Of a stretch of 44,509 nt of DNA, positions 37,415 to 44,509 are shown one piece after another; the first letter of the stretch is position 1, and the number at the start of each line of letters is the position of its first letter. This DNA is from Myxococcales bacterium (GTDB lineage Bacteria > Myxococcota_A > Polyangia > Polyangiales > JAFGIB01): positions 1 to 44,509 of the forward strand of contig JAPPOT010000104.1 of assembly GCA_028817855.1 (NCBI GenBank), read 5' to 3'. The position numbers were made by a program, and so were the translations under genes. The notes under the pieces were generated by a model, which was not told where the DNA came from, made no database searches, and was given only the letters and a program-made list of their open reading frames with translations.

Positions 37415-38353
37415 ATGGGGCTGTCGCTGGCCCTTGCCCTGTGCGCCGCGCTTGCGCCGCCGGCGGCGCGTGCCGACGAGCGGGACGCGCCGACCGGGCC
37501 GGGCTCCGAGTACGCGCGGGTGATCGCCCAGGCGGTGGAGGAGTTCCGGCTGCAGCACTGGCAGGAGGCGATCGTGCTCTTCGCACGCGCCCACCGTCTG
37601 TCACCGAGCGCGCGCACCCACCGCGGCCTTGGGCTCGCCTCCTTCGAAGCGCGGCAGTACGGCCGCGCCCTGAACCACCTGCGCGCCGCGCTGTCGGAGC
37701 GGCGCCGCCCACTGACCGAGGCCCAGCGCGCCGAGGTCCGCGCAGCCATCGACCGCACACTGACGCTGGTGGGCGAGCTCCACCTGCATGCACAGCCCGC
37801 CGAGAGCGCCCTGATCATCGACGGCGCACGGCGGCCCTGGAACGGCGAGCTGATCGTGCTGATCGCCGGCGAGCACACCATCGAGCTGCATGCCCGCGGG
37901 CACGAGCCGGCGCGCAGGGTGGTGGAGGTCACCGCCGGCGAGCGCCTCTCGCTCACGCTGAGCCTGACCCCGCGCACCCAGGAGCTGGGCGTCGCCAGTG
38001 GCGCCGAAGCGGGCCTGCGGACGGATGCGCCCAGCGACCCCGGCGCCTGGCCGTGGGTGGTCATGGCGGCCTCTGCCGGTGCGGCGGTCGGCGGAGGCCT
38101 GCTATTCGCGCAGGCTCGCAGCGACATCGCCGAGGTGAAGGACACCCCCCGCGGCACACGCTGGGAAGAGGTCGAACAGACCCACGACGGCACCGCGCTC
38201 AAGTCCGGCCTCGGGCTCGCGCTGCTGGGCGTGGGCGTTGCGGGCGCTGCGACGGGCCTGGTCTGGGCGCTGTCATCGAGCGACGACGACGACAGCGCAG
38301 CGCTGGACGTGTCGGCGGCGCCGGGCGCGCTGCATTTCCGGGGGCGCTTCTGA
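37415..38353 (+). CDS. Secreted TPR + PEGA domain protein with C-terminal TM hairpin and terminal Phe
   Basis: Signal ending ARA-D; WQEAIVLFARAHRLSP TPR; LIIDG..GEHTIELHARGHEP PEGA; ends FRGRF. Confidence 0.82.
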   Translation: MGLSLALALCAALAPPAARADERDAPTGPGSEYARVIAQAVEEFRLQHWQEAIVLFARAHRLSPSARTHRGLGLASFEARQYGRALNHLRAALSERRRPLTEAQRAEVRAAIDRTLTLVGELHLHAQPAESALIIDGARRPWNGELIVLIAGEHTIELHARGHEPARRVVEVTAGERLSLTLSLTPRTQELGVASGAEAGLRTDAPSDPGAWPWVVMAASAGAAVGGGLLFAQARSDIAEVKDTPRGTRWEEVEQTHDGTALKSGLGLALLGVGVAGAATGLVWALSSSDDDDSAALDVSAAPGALHFRGRF

Positions 38354-40056
38354 TGCGCGGTCCATCGCCGGCGATCCAGCACCTGGGGCTCGGACTCGCC
38401 CTGTGCACCGCGATCGCCTGCAAGGCCACCCTGCCCGATGGGGTCTTCGCCTGCGAGCAGGACGCGGACTGCCCGACAGGTTTCGACTGCCTGAGCGACA
38501 CGGACGGCGCGCGCTATTGCTACCGTCCGGGCAACGAGCCCGTGGCGCCGGGCCCAACGGGAACGGCCGACGCCGGGGACGGCCAGGGCGGCGACGGGGA
38601 TGGCGACACGGGCGGCGACGGCGACACCGGCGACGATGGCGACGCGTCGATGGACGGCGGCCGTGGCACCGCCGGTGGCGACGGGAACAGCGACGGCGGC
38701 CGGGACGGCGGCACCGGCGAGGGCGAGCCCCCGACTTGCGCCGACGATCACGGGGGCTGCGATCCCCTCGCCGAGTGCACCGATGGCGCGGACGGCCCCG
38801 AGTGCGGGCCGTGTCCAGTCGGCTACCGGGGCGACGGCGCCCTCGGCTGCACGGCCCTGTCGACGGTTCAGTTCGGCACCACGCTGTCCGAGTCGGCGCT
38901 CGGCGCCGTCAGCAATGGGGACGGTGACGTCTACATCACGGGCTACACCGAGGGCGCCATGGAGCCAGGGTCGTGGCTGGGCAAGGACGACGCCTTCCTC
39001 GTCAAGTACGACGCCGCCGGGACACGGCAGTGGCTCCGTCAGTTCGGCACCTCGGAGAACGACATCGGCTGGCACATCGCTATCGATGACGCCGGCAGCG
39101 TCTACGTCGTCGGCTTCACCGGCGCTTCCCTGGATGGGCAGACCTTCGCGGGCGGCGCGGACTTCTTCGTGACCAAGTACGGCAGCGACGGCACACGCGC
39201 GTGGACGACCCAGTTCGGCGGCGATCGCTGGGACATCGGCAGCGCCATCGCGGTCGATGGCGATGGCAACGTCTACGTCGCCGGTCGCACCGACGGCGAG
39301 ATGCCCGGCGAGGACGCCGCCGGCGCCGAGGACATCGTGGTGGCCAAGCTGGCCCCCAACGGAGATCTGCTGTGGGTCCAGCAACGCGGCACGACCTCGC
39401 GCGACGAGGGCCACGCCATCACGGTCGATGGCGATGGCAACATCTACGTCGCGGGCTTCTCCACCTCCAGCCTCGATGGCAACAGCCACGTCGCCGACTT
39501 CGACAGCGTGCTGCTCAAGTTCGACCCGGACGGCAACTGGCAGTGGACCCGCCAGTGGGGCACCGCCGGCGTCGATCACGTGCGCACGCTGCTGAACAAC
39601 GCCTCTGGCATCTACGTGATCGGCCACGCGGGGGGTGATGTCGAGGGCGTCCAGGGCCTCGGCGATGACGACGAGCTGATCGCGCTCTACGACGCCGACG
39701 GCAACCGCGAGTGGCTGCGGCTGACCGGTACCGCCGATCACGACGACACACGCGGCGCCGTGCTCGACGCGGACGGCAATCTCTACGTCAGCGGCGCGAC
39801 CGAGGGCTCGCTGCCGGGCTTCGAGCATCAGGGCTACCTCGATGTCCGCGTGACCAAGTACTCGCCGACGGGTGCCGAGCTCTGGACGCGACAGCTCGGC
39901 ACGGCCGGGCAGGACGAGGCCCGCGCGATCGCCCTCGACCCGACCGGCGGCGTCTACGTCCCCGCCAACATGGAGGCCTCGGTCGACGGCCGTCCCTTCC
40001 TCGGCGTTCGCGACGTGGTGCTGCTGCGCTACGACGCGGACGGCGAACGGCGCTAA
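38353..40056 (+). CDS. Lipoprotein with EGF-like module and SBBP beta-propeller repeats
   Basis: TAIA-C lipobox; CADDHGGCDPLAEC..CGPCPVGYRGDG; seven IAVDxxGNVYVAGxT/FxxKY repeats; TGATG coupling to the PEGA gene. Confidence 0.88.
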   Translation: MRGPSPAIQHLGLGLALCTAIACKATLPDGVFACEQDADCPTGFDCLSDTDGARYCYRPGNEPVAPGPTGTADAGDGQGGDGDGDTGGDGDTGDDGDASMDGGRGTAGGDGNSDGGRDGGTGEGEPPTCADDHGGCDPLAECTDGADGPECGPCPVGYRGDGALGCTALSTVQFGTTLSESALGAVSNGDGDVYITGYTEGAMEPGSWLGKDDAFLVKYDAAGTRQWLRQFGTSENDIGWHIAIDDAGSVYVVGFTGASLDGQTFAGGADFFVTKYGSDGTRAWTTQFGGDRWDIGSAIAVDGDGNVYVAGRTDGEMPGEDAAGAEDIVVAKLAPNGDLLWVQQRGTTSRDEGHAITVDGDGNIYVAGFSTSSLDGNSHVADFDSVLLKFDPDGNWQWTRQWGTAGVDHVRTLLNNASGIYVIGHAGGDVEGVQGLGDDDELIALYDADGNREWLRLTGTADHDDTRGAVLDADGNLYVSGATEGSLPGFEHQGYLDVRVTKYSPTGAELWTRQLGTAGQDEARAIALDPTGGVYVPANMEASVDGRPFLGVRDVVLLRYDADGERR

Positions 40057-40173
40057 CGGGCTCACTCTGTCGCACGAGCGGGAACCCGCAGCTCGGTCCC
40101 GAGACCTCCACCGCGATCGGCGCCGGCGTCGAGGGGTCGCCCGTGGAGGGGCTGCTCATCGCTCTGAGATCAG

Positions 40174-42069
40174 CTACCACTGGGTGTCGAGCCAGGCGGC
40201 GCGCTCGAGTAGCCAGGTGCGCATGAACTCGATCTGCCCCTCCCAGGTGGCCTCGGTCGGGGTCTGGAAGGGGCCGACACTGGGGCTCTGAAGGTTGGGC
40301 CAGCGCTCGAAGTTGCGCGCGGCCGCCGCCGCGATCGGCGCGCTCAGGGCGTCGATGCGCTCGCCTATCGCCGCGTCCGAGAGCACATCCTGACGCAGCG
40401 CGCGCCAGCGCTGGGCGACCAGCTCGACGAAGGCGGGATCCTGCATCAGGCGGAAGTGCCAGTCCGTGTTGACCGGGTCGCGCTGCTGCTCGTACTGCCA
40501 GCCGGCGATCTGGTCGTTCTCGAAGAAGCCGCCCACGCCGGCCGCCAGGTTGTAGTCCCACAGGGGCCCGGCGAAGATCTTGGTGTCGCGGTCCTTGTAG
40601 TAGTAGGCGCTGCGAATGTACGCGTCCATCTCGCGTCCCAGCTCGTTGACGATCAGCTGGTCGACGAACGACTGCGTGTCGATGAAGGCGGCGTAGCCGG
40701 CGATCGGGTCGGCAAAGCCCTGCCCTTGCAGTGCGTCGTGAAACTCCTGGATGTGCTGGGTGAGCCACTGTTGCTGCTCGGCAATGAGCGGGCTCGGGTC
40801 GACCACCTCCAGGTCGAGCCAGCAGCCGTTGGTCTCCGCCATCGGCTGACCTGGAAAGCCAAAGCCCCCCTGACTCGAGGTCGAGCTGGAGGCACCGGCA
40901 CACAGCAGCGTCGGCTCCTCGGCGGCGCGCCACTCGAACTTGAAGATGTAGCCGCCGCTGATGGCGGGCAGCGCCGTATCAGCCGCCGTCAGCTGCTGGA
41001 GGTCGAGGCGGTTCTTGTTGTTCTTGATCGTCTCGAGGATCAGATAGACGCCCATGTAGTCCGCCTCGCTCACCGGCCGGCTCGCGGTGTTGAGGTAGAC
41101 CTCGGCGAAGGCGAAGCGCGGGGCGGCCATCCCCATGGCCGCACCGGTGGCATAGAAGAAGGCGTCGCGGATCAGGGCCTTGTCCGCGAACGGACCGCGC
41201 AGGGCCCAGTCGGCCTCCGCCGGCAGCCCGAGCAGCGGCCAGTCCAGATCCTCGTCGGCGTTGTCGCGCAGCTCGACCCGGTACGGGGTCTTGTCGAAGC
41301 TGGCGGTCGACTGGCCGCGGATGTGGAAGCCCGCGCGCGAGGCCACCTGGGGCGTGGCGGCCAGGCTCGCGGCGCCCGCCTCGAGCTCGAAGGCCATGAA
41401 GGCCACGTCCACGTAGTCGCGGGGCTCGTTGCTCAGCGGCCCGGCGCCGTAGTTGTCCAGCAGGACGATGGGCAGGTCGTGCTCCGGATCGAAGGAGCGC
41501 GCGATGTAGAGCGCGGTGCCGGCACCTGGGATCGCCTGACCATCGACGAAGGCCTGGGCGCGCACCTGCGTCGTCTGGGTGAGCTGGATCGGCCCGGCGA
41601 AGGCCTGCGAGCTCGCCGAGGGCGGCTGGCCATCGAGCGTGTAGCGGACCTCCACGCCGTCGGCCGTCGCCCCGGGCGCGAGCGCGAGGCTGAGCTCGAG
41701 CTGCCCCACGAAGGTGCCGCTCGGCACCGAGAACTCGATGCTCCCCTGCAGCTGCTGCTGGGCGCTGTCGAGGACGTCGTCGGCTGCGGGCGCGGGCTCC
41801 TGCGCGGCATCGCCCGGGCCGGGCGGCTGCGCGGGAGCTTCGGTGGCAGGCTCGTCACCCGCGCCATCACCCGCGGTGGTCTGTCCCGGCGCCTCCGAGC
41901 CGGCGCGCGGCTGCGCGTCGCCCGGCCCGTCCATAACGGGGCCACCGCCGTCGGCATCGTCATCGCACGCGATCAGCGTCAGCGCGAGGAGCGCCACAGC
42001 CAGCGGGCCGCGCCGATGGATCCGACGAAAATGCCGGAGATCACCGGGGTCAGCTGTCAGTCCTTGCAC
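40174..42069 (-). CDS. CotH-family kinase lipoprotein with chitobiase/Fn3-associated domain
   Basis: LTLIA-C lipobox; RYTLDGQPP; IRGQST, KTPYRVE, DKALIRD, YMGVY.ILE, EMDAY..SAYYYK, GPLWDYNLAAG; start is approximate. Confidence 0.88.
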   Translation of the reverse strand: MQGLTADPGDLRHFRRIHRRGPLAVALLALTLIACDDDADGGGPVMDGPGDAQPRAGSEAPGQTTAGDGAGDEPATEAPAQPPGPGDAAQEPAPAADDVLDSAQQQLQGSIEFSVPSGTFVGQLELSLALAPGATADGVEVRYTLDGQPPSASSQAFAGPIQLTQTTQVRAQAFVDGQAIPGAGTALYIARSFDPEHDLPIVLLDNYGAGPLSNEPRDYVDVAFMAFELEAGAASLAATPQVASRAGFHIRGQSTASFDKTPYRVELRDNADEDLDWPLLGLPAEADWALRGPFADKALIRDAFFYATGAAMGMAAPRFAFAEVYLNTASRPVSEADYMGVYLILETIKNNKNRLDLQQLTAADTALPAISGGYIFKFEWRAAEEPTLLCAGASSSTSSQGGFGFPGQPMAETNGCWLDLEVVDPSPLIAEQQQWLTQHIQEFHDALQGQGFADPIAGYAAFIDTQSFVDQLIVNELGREMDAYIRSAYYYKDRDTKIFAGPLWDYNLAAGVGGFFENDQIAGWQYEQQRDPVNTDWHFRLMQDPAFVELVAQRWRALRQDVLSDAAIGERIDALSAPIAAAAARNFERWPNLQSPSVGPFQTPTEATWEGQIEFMRTWLLERAAWLDTQW

Positions 42070-42176
42070 ATCCTAGGTATGCCCGAAGAACCTACGAACG
42101 ATCACAAAAAAGGGACGCCCGCCTCGGGGGGCAGTGCGCGGACGGGCCGCTCGCTGGCGATCCTCGACGATCCCTG

Positions 42177-43166
42177 TCAGCTGGGTTCACACCTGCCGTC
42201 GAGGCCGAGCAAATGGCTGTTGAAGAGCACGACACGCTCCACCGGTTCCGACTGGGACACGATTGCGCGCAGCTGGCGAAAGTGAGCGCGGTGGAGATCG
42301 CTGAGGCGGTCGTAGTCTCGCGCGGACACGCCCGCCAGGTTGTAGGCGAAGATGCCGTCGGCGCCGTGCTCGAGACGCTCGAGGGCGACCCGTGTCCACC
42401 ACGCGCGCAGCGCACGCGCCATGCCGCTGTCGCGCCGCGTGTCGACCGTGAGCACGCGCGAGAGCTGCCAGCGGCCATCCACCATGCGGATCTGCCTGCT
42501 GCGCTCCAGCAGCCCGAGGCAGCGCCCTTCCTGCGCCTCGCTGATGCCGATGCGATGCGCGATCCAGCCGGGGCGATGGGCGGGCAGCCGCGCGTAGTCC
42601 TCGAGCTCCAGCGCGCGCAGGACGCCGAGCGTCCAGGGTTCGTCGTAGGCGGCCTGACGCGTGGCTTCCAGGTCGCGCCAGGTGCGCGCCACCGAGGGGA
42701 GCCGCTCCGGATCGACCAACAGTGCAACGAAGTCGAGCAAGCGCAAGGAGGTCGCCTCGAACAGGCGCAGGAAGTCGGGCAGGCGCGGCTCGGTGGTCGC
42801 CTGAAGCATGCGCGCGACGGCGAAGCGACTCAGCCCGCTGGCCTTCGCCAGGTGCACGATGGGCGTGCGGCCGCGCAGATCCGACAGCAGGCGCGCCACC
42901 CCCTCGGCGCTGTCGAGCTCGATCCCGTTCAGCCACTCGGGCGCGGCACCGTAGAAGCGCGACAGCGCCGCACGCACGTCGATGCCGGTGCGCATCGCGG
43001 CTTCGAGGAAGCGCGCGGCCGTGGGAAATGAGCGCCCCGACTCCCAGGTGTAGACGACGTTGCTGCGGTAGCCGAGCCGCCGCGCGAAGGCGGTCTGGGA
43101 GCGGTCGCCGCGCAGCGCCCGAGTCAGGTCGCGAGCCAGAGTCTCGTAGTCGAGCGGAGCATCCAT
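42177..43166 (-). CDS. XRE-HTH / DUF4423 (TIGR02147-like) regulator
   Basis: LRGDRSQTAFARRLGYRSNVVYTWESGR; second HTH LAKASGLSRFAVAR; wHTH WIAHRIGIS; C-terminal FAYNL..VS. Confidence 0.8.
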   Translation of the reverse strand: MDAPLDYETLARDLTRALRGDRSQTAFARRLGYRSNVVYTWESGRSFPTAARFLEAAMRTGIDVRAALSRFYGAAPEWLNGIELDSAEGVARLLSDLRGRTPIVHLAKASGLSRFAVARMLQATTEPRLPDFLRLFEATSLRLLDFVALLVDPERLPSVARTWRDLEATRQAAYDEPWTLGVLRALELEDYARLPAHRPGWIAHRIGISEAQEGRCLGLLERSRQIRMVDGRWQLSRVLTVDTRRDSGMARALRAWWTRVALERLEHGADGIFAYNLAGVSARDYDRLSDLHRAHFRQLRAIVSQSEPVERVVLFNSHLLGLDGRCEPS

Positions 43167-43177
43167 CGAGATCGATA

Positions 43178-43224
43178 GAATTGCACATATTGGGGCCAAT
43201 CAACCAGATGAATTGTGCAATTCA
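43178..43224. promoter_or_regulatory. Candidate operator pair in the divergent promoter
   Basis: GAATTGCACA (43178-43187) and its reverse complement inside the near-palindrome TGAATTGTGCAATTCA (43209-43224); AT-rich island. Confidence 0.6.
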
Positions 43225-43274
43225 CTCCTAGTCGCGGCAGCGCTTTTGGGCCAGGGTTCAGCAAGGAGGGTGGG

Positions 43275-44509
43275 ATGCCGATGACTTCTCGCGCGCTGAT
43301 TTGCCTGGTTCTCTGTGCTCCGGTCGGCCCGGGGCTGGGCGCGTGCGTCGAAGGAGGCCAGGGCGGAGACGAGGGAGCGCTCGGCGGACCGTCGGCCGAC
43401 GAAATGCCAGGGGACGATCGACGCGACGCGGGTGTGGAGCCCCACACGCCCGGACCGGATGCCCCGGTGGTGCCCAGAGGTGACCTGGAAGGCGGGCTCG
43501 GGCCGGCGTGCTCGGCGCTGCGCTGGCCCGGACCCGACTCCGAGCGAACCCCCTATTTCTGCTTCGGCGACTTCTCGAGTGGGCCGTGGTCGTGCGAGTG
43601 CGCGGGGGAGGACCTGGTCACCAGCGAGCTCGAGGAGTGCGGCGACGCCCTGCTGGATGTCTGCGGCGTGGAGCCCGATCCGCCCAGCGGCTCGCCCGAT
43701 CACTGCATCGGCGAGGGCGCCGACGAGGGCACCTGCTGGAAGGGCGAGGGCAGCGGCTGGGAGTGCCGCTGCGGCGATGCCGGCGGGAGCAGCCCGCTCG
43801 AGCAGGTCGAGATCGACGACTGCAACACCGCCGTCTTCCGCACCTGCGCTGCGACGTGCGAGGAGCCACTCGGCCGCTGCGACCCGGTGCGCGATGGCGT
43901 GGACAACGAGTACCGCTGTGACTGCGCCTATTATGGCGAGGTCGCCCGACCCTACATCTCCGGGACCTGCCACAGCGCCATCGAAGGCGCGTGCAACCCG
44001 GAGCCGAACGCCTTCGACGGCGACACCGAGAGCGAGTGCAATAGCTACGCCGGGTACTGCGACGCCCAGGACGGCGGCTATGCGTGCCACTGCGTCGGCG
44101 ACGGTGCGGGCGTCTCCGTCGACGGGGGCGACGACTGCCCGTCGGTGCTGACCGACGCCTGCGGCGCCGACGAGCCCCCCGAGGCGAGCACCTGCCGCGC
44201 CGAGGGCGAAAGCGCAGTGGGGCGCTGCGTGGAGCTGGCCGAGGGCGTCCAGCAATGCCGCTGCGACGCGGTGGCCACGGCGTCGGACCCCGACGCGATG
44301 ACCACGGGTGGCACCGGTCTGTCGACCGACCCCGAGTCGCGCTCCACCCGCACGGAGGTCAGCTGCGAGCTGGCGCTGAGCCTGGACTGCCCCGATGCCA
44401 TCACTGCCGACGAGGCGCAGCGCACCGAGGCGTGCGAGCACCATGCGAGCTGCAACGCCGGCGTGACCGTCGACAGCTGCAGCGAGCTGATCTCGGACGC
44501 CTGCGCCAG
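43275..44509 (+). CDS. Cys-rich repeat lipoprotein; 3' end runs off the window
   Basis: Translated by hand: AAGGAGG then MPMTSRALICLVLCAPVGPGLGA-C; about five repeats of the form C..C..(W/Y)xCxC..CxxA(L/I/V)xxxC; no stop to the window end. Confidence 0.8.
   Translation, partial: MPMTSRALICLVLCAPVGPGLGACVEGGQGGDEGALGGPSADEMPGDDRRDAGVEPHTPGPDAPVVPRGDLEGGLGPACSALRWPGPDSERTPYFCFGDFSSGPWSCECAGEDLVTSELEECGDALLDVCGVEPDPPSGSPDHCIGEGADEGTCWKGEGSGWECRCGDAGGSSPLEQVEIDDCNTAVFRTCAATCEEPLGRCDPVRDGVDNEYRCDCAYYGEVARPYISGTCHSAIEGACNPEPNAFDGDTESECNSYAGYCDAQDGGYACHCVGDGAGVSVDGGDDCPSVLTDACGADEPPEASTCRAEGESAVGRCVELAEGVQQCRCDAVATASDPDAMTTGGTGLSTDPESRSTRTEVSCELALSLDCPDAITADEAQRTEACEHHASCNAGVTVDSCSELISDACA

Noticed and set aside
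37351-40065. Long antisense ORFs (also 29999..31894, 12229..13995, 40456..42285, 43200..44444) and 5' extensions such as 16087..17601 and 2148..3149
   Set aside because: Shadow frames of real genes in high-GC DNA; no motifs, and they overlap well-supported CDSs

Overview
GC-rich (~70% by eye) bacterial window that reads like a Myxococcota (Polyangiales/Sandaracinaceae-like) chromosome. This is inferred from a MYXO-CTERM-like tail, a TPR-PEGA gene, a DUF1592/DUF1552 pair and Gly/Asp-rich linkers. About 35 genes or gene fragments are present, about 18 of them predicted lipoproteins. Metabolic and transport genes: an LLM oxidoreductase, a sulfatase, a heteromeric acyl-CoA dehydrogenase pair, a di-heme oxidoreductase, a DAACS symporter, and CBS, DUF1801, DUF1624 and CotH-type proteins. 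I saw no rRNA, tRNA, CRISPR array or transposase. Best candidate for an undescribed system: a sigma54-type promoter driving three lipoproteins (29834-33467). They are a PHM/DBH-type two-copper monooxygenase with all six copper ligands, a PVA-dehydrogenase-like PQQ propeller and an atypical CX5CH cytochrome c. Together they could form a self-contained extracytoplasmic electron chain feeding a copper monooxygenase. Other highlights are a 1314-aa surface protein with nested domains (VWA[PPC[PPC[Cys-rich solenoid]]]), two HTH-regulator + Cys-rich lipoprotein cassettes with candidate 16-bp operators, a frameshifted tandem paralog, and an orphan MYXO-CTERM mini-gene. Family names come from motif recognition by eye, not from database searches.
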